Shown: piece by piece, positions 45,622-54,827 of the stretch
Position numbering within the stretch: the stretch's first letter is position 1
Layout: every line of letters begins with the position of its first letter
Virus record (IMG/VR): IMGVR_UViG_3300002026_000020
Origin: a virus
DNA: 64,000 nt
Reading direction: 5' to 3' (one strand)
Notes under the pieces: generated by a model
What the model saw: only the letters and a program-made list of their open reading frames with translations
Told to the model about the DNA's origin: nothing
Databases searched by the model: none
Translations under genes and position numbers: made by a program

Positions 45622-46956
45622 ATGCGTGACATTCAGCTTAATGCCCTTAGAGAAACTTTCGCCCGTATAAACATGCCAACTCTTGTGGAGTCACATGTTC
45701 CACTGAGAGAAAACAAGGTTTATCTTCCAGAGGCTAAAAAGCGTTTCCCACATCTCGCAGAGAGCTTCCTACTTGAGAACAAGGTTCTCATGGAGAACAT
45801 CAACTTCTTCAAGGTTACTGTTAAAGAAATACAGAATAGTTTCCAAGGATTGAAATTTGCCGAAGCGAGAGCAGTTCAGAAGGCTATGATGCAGTTTGCC
45901 ATCATGGAACACCACGCTCGCAATACTCCAGACGATGCTGAGATGGCTGTCAAGATAGAAGAGTCTTCGAAGCTTATTCTTGAGTTGCAAGACGAAACTA
46001 CGTTCGATCCAGAACAGACATTGGGTGGAATGGATTTTGATTCCGGTGAAGCGGCTCCGGAACCAGAAAAGAAGCCTGGATTAATGGGAAGAATAGGTGG
46101 AGCCATAAAGGGCGCAGCAGCCAAAGTCATTCCAAAGAAAATTAGAGAGTTCCTTGCTAAAGCTGGTGAGCTTATAAAGAACATCATACAGAGTAAGGAA
46201 TTCTGGAAAGCCGTTGCAATTGGCGCAGCTATGGTTATGCTTGGATTTATAGCTGCTGCTTTTGGAGGATGGATCGCCGTAGGATTTGCAGCCTTTAAGA
46301 CTATATTAGCAGGTATATCCGTATTCAAGGGCGCTCAAGGATTGGTAAAAACAGCAGATTTTGCACAGGGTAAAAAGGGTGTAGAAGGTGTTAAGCAGTG
46401 GATACAGTCAGCCAAACAGCCAGCAAATGCTGCCAAAGTTATTATTTCTTTGGCTCAGATAGCAATGGGTCTTTGGGGAATCAAAACAGCCGTTGGGCAG
46501 GCTTGTGATGAAGTCAAGAAGATGGCTGAAGCCGCTGGTAGAGCCGCTGGCGAAGCTACTGCTGGTGCCCCTGGACCTAAGCCAGATGCTCCCGCTCCTA
46601 AGCCAACTGCCCCAGCACCAGCCGAAGCACCTAAGCCAACCGAAGCTCCGGCTCCAGCCGAAGCTCCAGTAGCCCCAGCCCCCGATTTGTCAAGATACTC
46701 TGCATGGGGTGCCAGTAAAGCCGAAGAACTCCAATCAGCTATTCAGCAAGCTGCAACGGGCGGCGGCGGAAGCATGAAAGAAATACTAAATCCCCTCGCT
46801 GAAAAAATAGCGAAGGGCGTTGCAAGTGGGGCAATAACAAGAGAACAGGGTATTGCTGCTCTTGAAGGGCTTGCTAAAGGTATAGTTAATAACAACGGCG
46901 GATTACCTTACAAGGGTATCCTTGGCATGTTGTTAAAGGTTGCCAATCTAAACTAG
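45622..46956 (+). CDS. Late protein with transmembrane segments and Pro/Ala linker
   Basis: Hydrophobic stretch, PAPAEAP repeats, late promoter at 45597. Confidence 0.75.
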   Translation: MRDIQLNALRETFARINMPTLVESHVPLRENKVYLPEAKKRFPHLAESFLLENKVLMENINFFKVTVKEIQNSFQGLKFAEARAVQKAMMQFAIMEHHARNTPDDAEMAVKIEESSKLILELQDETTFDPEQTLGGMDFDSGEAAPEPEKKPGLMGRIGGAIKGAAAKVIPKKIREFLAKAGELIKNIIQSKEFWKAVAIGAAMVMLGFIAAAFGGWIAVGFAAFKTILAGISVFKGAQGLVKTADFAQGKKGVEGVKQWIQSAKQPANAAKVIISLAQIAMGLWGIKTAVGQACDEVKKMAEAAGRAAGEATAGAPGPKPDAPAPKPTAPAPAEAPKPTEAPAPAEAPVAPAPDLSRYSAWGASKAEELQSAIQQAATGGGGSMKEILNPLAEKIAKGVASGAITREQGIAALEGLAKGIVNNNGGLPYKGILGMLLKVANLN

Positions 46957-47186
46957 GGAGTAGAATACTCCATTAGAGCCTTAGCTACAGCAAGCTGTGA
47001 CTTCAGCTTTTTAATCTCGACGCTACTTTCGGCGTTTTCCGCCCGAAGCGTCTCAATAACATCGTCACGTTGCTTGAGAGAATTTCGACTATCAATAGAG
47101 TCGAAGATGAGAAAAATGTTGAAAAGCGTGATCACAATAAGCGTAATGAGAAGGTCAAGCCTTGGGGGCGCTTCATTGTCAGACAT
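46953..47186 (-). CDS. Small membrane-anchored coiled-coil protein
   Basis: AAGGAG RBS; TM segment followed by coiled coil. Confidence 0.6.
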   Translation of the reverse strand: MSDNEAPPRLDLLITLIVITLFNIFLIFDSIDSRNSLKQRDDVIETLRAENAESSVEIKKLKSQLAVAKALMEYSTP

Positions 47187-47336
47187 GGGGAATCTCCTTT
47201 ATACTCATAGATTACATGGTATTACCCCTTTAGCAACCTATGAGTTTTTATTTGACACCAAGCGTGTGACACACTCTCCAGTCACCGTTTTGACAAATTT
47301 CGCCCAGCCGTATAATATGCTTATCAAGGAGATTAC

Positions 47337-47618
47337 ATGAAGAACTATATCTGCGTGAAGAACGGCGAAACCATCAAGCGTGTGCTTCGTAAGGAAGCCG
47401 ACAAGCTTGTGGCAACTGCTGGGTGGAGCTACTGCCCCCGTAGTGAGTGGAAAGAGAAGGTTAGAGACGGGAACAGAGCTGTTATAGCTGAGAATGTTCG
47501 TGAGGCTGTCGCAGCCGCTCCTAAGCCAAGAAACGATGCCAGAAGGGCTAAGAACCTCAAGGGCAAGGCTCGTAAGGTTGCGGAACAGGCTGAAGAGCCG
47601 AAGGCTGAAACCGTATGA
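47337..47618 (+). CDS. Hypothetical protein
   Basis: AAGGAG RBS; promoter at 47290-47316. Confidence 0.75.
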   Translation: MKNYICVKNGETIKRVLRKEADKLVATAGWSYCPRSEWKEKVRDGNRAVIAENVREAVAAAPKPRNDARRAKNLKGKARKVAEQAEEPKAETV

Positions 47619-47893
47619 TAGAATCCTTCGTGAAGTGGACCATGGCGGCTATTGGCATTGCTGTTATAGTGGTAGTTCTTACCGCTGTGGCGACAATGTT
47701 TGGAATGTATATGGCAACCAAAGAAGGAAGCTTCGTTATCATACCCGAATCGGGTCAGCCTTTCAATGTCAGAAGAGTCACATTCATAAGCAACAACACC
47801 GTAGCTTATGAAAAGGCGGATGGAACTGGCGGTCGTATCTCTGGTAACTTCAGAGTTGAAGACCTCATTTCATCCATACTGGAAAAGAAATAA
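47615..47893 (+). CDS. Membrane-anchored hypothetical protein
   Basis: N-terminal TM segment; ATGA overlap. Confidence 0.7.
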   Translation: MIESFVKWTMAAIGIAVIVVVLTAVATMFGMYMATKEGSFVIIPESGQPFNVRRVTFISNNTVAYEKADGTGGRISGNFRVEDLISSILEKK

Positions 47894-48007
47894 AGGATAT
47901 AATACAAACATGCTTTAGAAGAAACTTGACTATGGGTAGCTAATTCGTGGACCACCTTGTAAGGTTGTTGTCGATTCAATCACACCAACCAAAACAAGGA
48001 ATATAAC

Positions 48008-48613
48008 ATGAACAACATGACAAACGAAGAACAAATCAGATTCAAGATCCGCTACCTCAAGAGCTACCTCAAGCATGCATCGTGTGTGCTTAGGGAAAAC
48101 AAAACCATAGCCAAAGTTCAGGCTCGCCTGTCAACCGAATGGCAAAAGGTTATACGAAACCTAAACGAGCGTCACAGTGACCGTCAAGTAGCTCATAAGA
48201 AGCTGAATGACATAGAAGCGGAGATGAAGTCGCTTTACAAGTCATCGGATATAGATATACGGTTTGACTGGAATGGAATCCTCCTGAAGCAGTTTCCGCA
48301 TTATATCTACTGGAAAGACGGCGATAAGCATAGAAGTCATACGATTAGCAGCGATTCGAAGGTAACGGGCGCACACATCCTATACAACAGGCTCCGTGGT
48401 CGCCCCTCACACATAAGGGATATAGAAAAAGAACATGAGTATAATCACGAGCTTACTTACTGGTCTGAGAGATTGGCGTTCCTCCAAGAAGAGGAATGTT
48501 CTCGTAACCTTAGCCCGAAAGACTTCATTAGCCCGAGAGATGGAGTTGGGGAATGTGGAGATGGGGTCGTTGGGACCAGTCTTCACGGAGAAGGGACGGA
48601 AAGCCATGGATAA
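48008..48613 (+). CDS. Hypothetical protein
   Basis: AAGGA RBS; HILYNRLRGRPSH. Confidence 0.7.
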   Translation: MNNMTNEEQIRFKIRYLKSYLKHASCVLRENKTIAKVQARLSTEWQKVIRNLNERHSDRQVAHKKLNDIEAEMKSLYKSSDIDIRFDWNGILLKQFPHYIYWKDGDKHRSHTISSDSKVTGAHILYNRLRGRPSHIRDIEKEHEYNHELTYWSERLAFLQEEECSRNLSPKDFISPRDGVGECGDGVVGTSLHGEGTESHG

Positions 48614-48944
48614 AGCTCTCCGCATGTATGTCATTGTCAACCGAGAAGTTCTGCCCCTGGTTCACGCCGGGGTGCAGGGCGCTCACGCTACACATACCTA
48701 TGTGTGGGAACATCGTGACCATCCAGCTACCAAGCAGTGGTGCGAAGTTGACAAGACGTTGCTGTTCCTGAATGGCAACAAGAATGATATGGCAGCTATG
48801 ATGAGCTACTTCGACCTCAAGGGGATGAAGTATGCCAAGTTTATCGAACCTGACATGAACGATGAACTGACTGCCGTTGCATTCCAGCCGATGACCAAGG
48901 CTGAAGGGGCTGTTCTCTTCGGCAAGTATAAGCTGATCGCATAA
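48606..48944 (+). CDS. Peptidyl-tRNA hydrolase type 2 (PTH2)-like protein
   Basis: MYVIVN..VQGAHA..FIEPDMNDELTAVAFQP. Confidence 0.7.
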   Translation: MDKALRMYVIVNREVLPLVHAGVQGAHATHTYVWEHRDHPATKQWCEVDKTLLFLNGNKNDMAAMMSYFDLKGMKYAKFIEPDMNDELTAVAFQPMTKAEGAVLFGKYKLIA

Positions 48945-49018
48945 ATACTATCACGACATCTATCGCGTCACCATGTAGCGATTCGTGTCGTGGTAGGCTC
49001 TTTATAAATCTATAATGT

Positions 49019-49385
49019 GGGGATGAACCGATTTCGACTGGATTATGAAAATAATACCGGCATGTGGTAGAGCATTAGGCTACCTAAAATAAATGCAAAC
49101 GCATAACTGACGATTCAGTTACATATGCAATGGCTGCGTAAGCCTTGCCTAACGCCCTAAACTCCGTTATAGGGAAACGTTAGCAGCAACGGATGCTGTC
49201 TGGAAATGTCAATGGGAGTTATCCAGAAGTAAGTCAACACCTGTTCGTGGCACGACGAAACAACCTAGCCCGTCTTCGGGGCGATACAAAATGGAGAATG
49301 GTGTCAATGACATTCATTGACTAAACATGTAGAAGGGTTATAGAAGTTATTCAGGACGCGGGTTTGACTCCCGCCATCTCCACCA
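49019..49385 (+). ncRNA. ssrA: tmRNA; tag (A)DDSVTYAMAA at 49109-49141
   Basis: 5' GGGGATG..TTTCGAC; 3' GACGCGGGTTTGACTCCCGCCATCTCCACCA; G3:U pair; tag ending AA-stop. Confidence 0.92.
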
Positions 49386-49435
49386 CTTTCTTTTTTGACA
49401 AAACATTGTATAATGTTTACATACAGGAGACATTC

Positions 49436-49741
49436 ATGGCTATCAAAGGCACAGCAGTAGGAAACACCAACATCATTATCTACGTCAAGGAAACCTTGAC
49501 CGAATCTGATAAGCAGCAAATCAAGGGGTCAAAGCTCATTGATGTTGTCAAGCAACTTGGAATACCTGTTGGCAGACCAGTAGCCATTGATGACCAAGCC
49601 GTAGCAATATACGAGACTGACAACTTCGTTATGGCTTCGTTGAAGGTGACTCTTGCTAAGTGGTGTAAAGTAGAATCGTTCACCGAGGTTCACCCCCGCC
49701 TCACACCGAACCTTGGGGATCTTGCAAAGGGAAGTAACTAA
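49436..49741 (+). CDS. Hypothetical protein
   Basis: AGGAG RBS. Confidence 0.7.
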   Translation: MAIKGTAVGNTNIIIYVKETLTESDKQQIKGSKLIDVVKQLGIPVGRPVAIDDQAVAIYETDNFVMASLKVTLAKWCKVESFTEVHPRLTPNLGDLAKGSN

Positions 49742-50245
49742 ATGGCAGTCATTCGTGAAATCGGAAAGGCACAACTTGCCGAACTCAAGGTTAGATTCCT
49801 TGCAGTTCCTACGTTGGCTATTCCGGTGCTTGAAAAGGTCTACTATCCAAAGTTCCTTTGGTTTACATCTCTTGATGCTCTTGTCAAGGAAGTTTCTACA
49901 CGCAAGCCGCTTATCATTGTTGATATGCCAAGTGACAAGCGTATAACCCCTGAGAAGGTTCCAGCACACTTGCGCTCCGCTCCCGAAGTCTTCTGTATCC
50001 GTGCCTTCGACAGTTTGCCAGAACGTGAATGGAGCATGGTAAGGTCAAACATCATAGAAACTGACAACCATAACTTTACATTCAAGTGGGATACTGATAA
50101 CTACTCTGACCCTGTGCTGGAAGCAGCAAAGACCCGACAGGAAGCCGAAGCAAAGGCAGCCAGAGAATATGACCTGAAAGAGCTTCAAGAGCATACACAG
50201 TCAGTATCCGTAGGCAAAAAGAAACACCCCCTCCTATCCACATAG
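49742..50245 (+). CDS. Hypothetical protein
   Basis: Abuts the previous gene. Confidence 0.7.
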   Translation: MAVIREIGKAQLAELKVRFLAVPTLAIPVLEKVYYPKFLWFTSLDALVKEVSTRKPLIIVDMPSDKRITPEKVPAHLRSAPEVFCIRAFDSLPEREWSMVRSNIIETDNHNFTFKWDTDNYSDPVLEAAKTRQEAEAKAAREYDLKELQEHTQSVSVGKKKHPLLST

Positions 50246-50347
50246 AACAACATATTCGTGTGTGATACAGGCAAAGGGGTGGCTAATAAGCCTCCCCTTT
50301 ACTTTTTTACAAAACTGATAAGATAAATAACACATAAGGAACAACAC

Positions 50348-51016
50348 ATGACCGAAGTAATCCGTGAAAATGAGAACAGGGGAAGCCTGCCCCGTTGTAT
50401 GATCCTCAATGCCAGCAACGAGTTCCTGTGCGTTCGCGACTGGTTCAAGTCTCTCCGTTTGGTCACTGAAACCTACATCCCGCAGCACATCGCTGACGAT
50501 CTGAGCCTGTCAGCCTACTTCAAGAACCTCAAGCGTGAGTTGAAGATGGAAGTTCTGGCTTGGTACGATGATGTCGATGTCAAGTCGGAGAAAGAGTCGT
50601 TCCGTCTGCCTGCTGTTATGCGTCTTCGTTACTTGGTCAAGACGAACAAGGACAAGATGGATGGTCGCCTCAACGCTCCGTCGCTTCGTAACGTTCTGGT
50701 TCGTGACAAGTTCAAGTGTCAGTATTGTGGTAAGGGTGTCAGCCTTCGCAACGCTACCCGTGACCACGTTCACCCACTGTCAAAGGGTGGACCGAACACG
50801 CTTGACAACATCGTTGCAGCATGTAAGTCGTGCAACGGTCTGAAGGATAACATGAGCCTTCGTGCGTTTGAAGACAAGTACAGCATGAAGCTGGCAAATC
50901 ACCCTCGTAAGCTGACCGAGGAAGAGAAGCTTCAGGCTGCTCTCAAGGGATTCAAGTCTCGTGAGCGCCGTGTATGGCTCAAGTGCCTGGACGAAAACGG
51001 CATTGAGTTGTGGTAA
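50348..51016 (+). CDS. HNH endonuclease (McrA-like)
   Basis: RNVLVRDKFKCQYCG..TRDHVHPLSKGG..NIVAACKSCN. Confidence 0.9.
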   Translation: MTEVIRENENRGSLPRCMILNASNEFLCVRDWFKSLRLVTETYIPQHIADDLSLSAYFKNLKRELKMEVLAWYDDVDVKSEKESFRLPAVMRLRYLVKTNKDKMDGRLNAPSLRNVLVRDKFKCQYCGKGVSLRNATRDHVHPLSKGGPNTLDNIVAACKSCNGLKDNMSLRAFEDKYSMKLANHPRKLTEEEKLQAALKGFKSRERRVWLKCLDENGIELW

Positions 51017-51026
51017 GCAAAAGAAT

Positions 51027-51059
51027 ACTCCAAGATACCCTCTTGGAGTTTTTCTTTTT
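51027..51059 (+). terminator. Intrinsic terminator
   Basis: ACTCCAAGA-taccc-TCTTGGAGT followed by a T tract. Confidence 0.75.
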
Positions 51060-51076
51060 GCCGATATAATAAGTTC

Positions 51077-51337
51077 ATGATGCATCTCAACAGGTATTAT
51101 CCTGTCCGTCTAAACGGAAAAACAGAACGAGTCAAAAAGATACTGGCGGCATACAAAGACTGTATGTTGCTCAAGGAGTATGACGAGTTTGGAAGACCCA
51201 TGTGTATCTGCCCAAACGGCATGCAGGGTATCTTTTGCGTTTCTCCAGATGGATTCTGGAACGGATGGTTTATGCTGGAAGAGATAGAGTTTGCAGACGA
51301 GGAAGAACTCAAGAAATTCTCTGAAAGGAACGTATGA
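51077..51337 (+). CDS. Hypothetical protein
   Basis: Coupled ORF. Confidence 0.6.
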   Translation: MMHLNRYYPVRLNGKTERVKKILAAYKDCMLLKEYDEFGRPMCICPNGMQGIFCVSPDGFWNGWFMLEEIEFADEEELKKFSERNV

Positions 51338-51741
51338 GCCATAGAAACTTTCCCATCCGTGTCAACAGAAAGGATGCAGAGAGACAGCGTTTCCCAAGCC
51401 GCAATCCAGACAGCGACCTCAAGGTGTTCGCCCCAGGCGCTCGCCACTACCTTCATCCTAAGCTGTCAATCCTCGACCGTTTAGACTGCGAATTAGCCTA
51501 TTACAGACAACATAAGATACTCGTGGTGTCGTATGCCCCTAAGCAGGAAAACATCGACCATACTGACTATACGCACAAGGTTTACGAGAAGGGTATTTTG
51601 ACCACTGATGTCAATTATGTGGTTGATTTGATTAGAGAGTATCTGGATGACCTGAAAAAAGAACAGGAAGGTTCCTCTGACTCCATAAATAGTGATATTC
51701 GTGGCGACAATCACTATACAACGGAGGAAAGAACTGTATGA
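51334..51741 (+). CDS. Hypothetical protein
   Basis: ATGA-coupled ORF. Confidence 0.6.
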   Translation: MSHRNFPIRVNRKDAERQRFPSRNPDSDLKVFAPGARHYLHPKLSILDRLDCELAYYRQHKILVVSYAPKQENIDHTDYTHKVYEKGILTTDVNYVVDLIREYLDDLKKEQEGSSDSINSDIRGDNHYTTEERTV

Positions 51742-51980
51742 TATACTACACTGACCCTGACGAATCCATTCTCATTGGAATCTCGGCATCCGACCGCAGC
51801 GAAGCATCCATTGCCAAGATTGTTGGCAAGCTGCTGGCTTACGATATGGTAGAGGCTGACTCCAATGCGTTTGATGATGTAAACGAGTTTGCCGCAGACA
51901 CCGTTGTTGTCTCGGTAGCAGACTTTACCGAAGAATTGCTCGACCTACTCGACAAAGATATAAAGGTTTATTTGGTATAA
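51738..51980 (+). CDS. Small acidic protein
   Basis: GGAGG RBS; ATGA overlap. Confidence 0.65.
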   Translation: MIYYTDPDESILIGISASDRSEASIAKIVGKLLAYDMVEADSNAFDDVNEFAADTVVVSVADFTEELLDLLDKDIKVYLV

Positions 51981-51987
51981 TACCCAT

Positions 51988-52854
51988 ATGAGTTCATACT
52001 ACATTGATGAAGGCGCATACAAGCCACAGAAGCCAGGGCTAACACTCTCACCGTCATCCATTGACACGATGGAGAAATGCCCCCGTCAGTATTTCTTACA
52101 GTATATTGAGAAGATAAAGGTAAAGGACGAGAAGCCTGCCAATACCTTTGGCAAGATAATGCATTTGATTGCCGAAAACTACAAGGGTGGGGGCGGTGAG
52201 GAAATCAAGGGTTTGGCTAAGTGCTTCCAGACGAATGAGAAGCTACGGGCTAAGTATTGGGATAAGCTGGATGATGAGTATAAGAGCAAAATTCCACAGG
52301 CATTGAAGAATCTGCATTACTACCTGACCAAGCGGTATCCGCTGGCTGAGAATTTCAAACACGAAGAATGTTTGGATGTGGTTGACTTTGACAAGATTGG
52401 TGAAACGAATATCCACTTGCAGGGTAAGCTTGACGGGCTTTATGAATTAGCGGGTTCTGTTTTCGTGATCGACTTCAAGAGTGGGAAGAAGACAAAAGAC
52501 CACAGTGGGCAGCTTGGATTCTACTTGTTCCTTATTGAGAAGCTTAGGGCTGGGTGGCTGAAGAGCCGACCAGTTATAGGAGAGGTTGTCAATATATGTC
52601 TTGAGAATGGGACAGTTGGTGAAGCTGCCATAGAACATCATAAACTCGAAGAGTATGACAGCAGCGTAGCCGAGAAGCGTGTGAAGAAGGCTATAGCCAC
52701 ATTGAAGGCTAACGGAATAACAGTTGACGATAAAGAGAAGTATGTGAAAAAAACCAGCCCTCTATGTAACTGGTGTAAGTTCAAGTCGGCTGGGCATTGT
52801 GACGGTGTTTCTAAGAAAACCTGCGAACGTGATTTTGACATTTTAGTAGAGTGA
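51988..52854 (+). CDS. PD-(D/E)XK nuclease (RecB/Cas4-like exonuclease)
   Basis: LSPSS..CP, GKLD..IDFKSG, QL..Y, C-terminal CNWC..C. Confidence 0.85.
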   Translation: MSSYYIDEGAYKPQKPGLTLSPSSIDTMEKCPRQYFLQYIEKIKVKDEKPANTFGKIMHLIAENYKGGGGEEIKGLAKCFQTNEKLRAKYWDKLDDEYKSKIPQALKNLHYYLTKRYPLAENFKHEECLDVVDFDKIGETNIHLQGKLDGLYELAGSVFVIDFKSGKKTKDHSGQLGFYLFLIEKLRAGWLKSRPVIGEVVNICLENGTVGEAAIEHHKLEEYDSSVAEKRVKKAIATLKANGITVDDKEKYVKKTSPLCNWCKFKSAGHCDGVSKKTCERDFDILVE

Positions 52855-52996
52855 AATAGTTACGGTTGGTGTTGTTCCGCATATAAATAGATTATGCAGG
52901 AACGATAAACAGCCCCGCAAAAGCAAGTTTATAACTCCTGTCTCCGCAAGGTCGTTCTTTGCGGGGCTGTACCAACCGGAAGACGGGAGTTATTTT

Positions 52997-53920
52997 ATGC
53001 CAGCGAGATTAACACAAGAAAAGTTTATAAAAAAGTGTAAGATTATACACAATGACTGCTATGACTATAGTAAAGTAGAATACAAAAATAATAAAACACC
53101 AATTTGTATAATTTGTAAAACCCATGGGGTATTTTTGCAGATGGCAGGGTCGCATATAACCGGAAAGGGATGTAGAAAATGCGCCAGAGTTACAACCGCA
53201 AGTAAGACAAAGAATACAAAAGAATACTTTATACAAAAGTCAATAGAGAGACATGGTGATAAGTTCACTTACGATAAAGTTGTTTATGTGAATGCCGCCT
53301 CAAAAGTAATAATAACATGCCCTATTCATGGTGACTTTTTACAGAAAGCTGGCATCCACATGTCAGGGTGTGGATGTAAGAGATGTCATTTTGATGGTAA
53401 GTTCAAAGGAGATGAAGAGTTTAAGAGGCAGAGCTATGAAAAGTGGAAAGGTGAAATAATACCAATTGAAGAGTATAAAGGTGATCATGAAAAAATGCTT
53501 TTCAAACATATTAAATGCGGACATATTTTTACATCGGCTCCATACTGTCACTTACAAGGAAGTGGCTGCCCCAAGTGTAGAGAATCCAGAATGGAAAGAG
53601 TTATAGGAGCATGGCTCTATGAGAATAATATAAAGTTTGATAAACAGAAAAGGTTTGACACTTGTAGGCATAAATATCCACTCCCATTTGACTTCTACTT
53701 ACAAGACTTAAAAGTAATTATAGAATACGACGGGGAGTTGCATAATAGACCATGGAATAAGAGTAAAACAAGAGATATTGAAAAATGCGAAGATGTTAAA
53801 TTCAGAGACTCTATAAAAACCAAATGGTGTCAAGATAATGACATAAAATTGATACGCATAAGTTATCTTGAAAAGGATAGGTATAAAGAAATACTTTGTA
53901 GAGAGTTAAATATAAATTGA
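52997..53920 (+). CDS. Homing endonuclease (repeated Zn modules plus C-terminal Vsr-like domain)
   Basis: YDYSKV.Y..IIC..HG.F repeats; FDFYL..IEYDGE.H. Confidence 0.85.
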   Translation: MPARLTQEKFIKKCKIIHNDCYDYSKVEYKNNKTPICIICKTHGVFLQMAGSHITGKGCRKCARVTTASKTKNTKEYFIQKSIERHGDKFTYDKVVYVNAASKVIITCPIHGDFLQKAGIHMSGCGCKRCHFDGKFKGDEEFKRQSYEKWKGEIIPIEEYKGDHEKMLFKHIKCGHIFTSAPYCHLQGSGCPKCRESRMERVIGAWLYENNIKFDKQKRFDTCRHKYPLPFDFYLQDLKVIIEYDGELHNRPWNKSKTRDIEKCEDVKFRDSIKTKWCQDNDIKLIRISYLEKDRYKEILCRELNIN

Positions 53921-53936
53921 TGGTAGAATAAGTATC

Positions 53937-54827
53937 ATGGCATTTAAGATACTTACCGACTCATCATATATACCACCACCAACGGTAGCCGCTACTCTAC
54001 CACCCCGCATACTTAGGAATTTAAACAAGCACCGAAAGCTTGCATATTGGTGCGTTTCAAACGGCGAACACACTAAGATGGCACAGACGCTTGTAAGGTC
54101 AGCCCGCGAAGTTGGCGTTGAAGAAGACTTCCATATATATGCTCCAAACGCTGATAGCATAGAAGGTGCTGAGTTTCACAAGTGCAACAACTTCAATATA
54201 AAGGGTTGCTGGTTCAAGTTAGATTATCTTTTAAATGAAGTTTCTAAGCTTGACTACGAGTATTTCTGCTGGCTTGACGCTGACCACTTCTTCGTTCGTA
54301 AACCAAGAAGCCTAATGGATAATGTTGATGGCGGTGTTTGCATGATACCAATGGAGAATGACATAGCTTCGCCATCCAACAAGAGAGGCGACTGGTGGGG
54401 AGTTGAGAATAAGAAGTGTATAGACGTATTTGAGAAGTGTGGGGTGAAGACGAAGGAGAAGTATAACACCAATGGTGGGTTGTTTGTAGTTCGTAAAGAG
54501 TTTATAAAGACTTTCCACCATATGTGCTACGAGTTCCATGATATCGTATTGAAGGAAACTGGCAAGGATGTTCCTGAAGAATACTGTTTGGCTATAATGG
54601 GTAATCTACTGAATAAAGATACTACAAGATGTGGAACAGAGGCGCTGATAGACATTTGGGCGTGCGATTGGACTTCTCAGTTTACCAATACCGTTCCAGA
54701 AGGAAATCCGTGGCAGTGGGAGAACTACTTGACTGGAGATAAGAAGATGGTTAATCCAGCTATAGTGCATGTGATGAAGGGTAAGAAGGGTCTTATAGAA
54801 AAGAAGTGGGATAGTAAGAATGAGTAA
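53937..54827 (+). CDS. GT-A fold glycosyltransferase
   Basis: FKLDYL, WLDADH, NGGLF. Confidence 0.65.
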   Translation: MAFKILTDSSYIPPPTVAATLPPRILRNLNKHRKLAYWCVSNGEHTKMAQTLVRSAREVGVEEDFHIYAPNADSIEGAEFHKCNNFNIKGCWFKLDYLLNEVSKLDYEYFCWLDADHFFVRKPRSLMDNVDGGVCMIPMENDIASPSNKRGDWWGVENKKCIDVFEKCGVKTKEKYNTNGGLFVVRKEFIKTFHHMCYEFHDIVLKETGKDVPEEYCLAIMGNLLNKDTTRCGTEALIDIWACDWTSQFTNTVPEGNPWQWENYLTGDKKMVNPAIVHVMKGKKGLIEKKWDSKNE

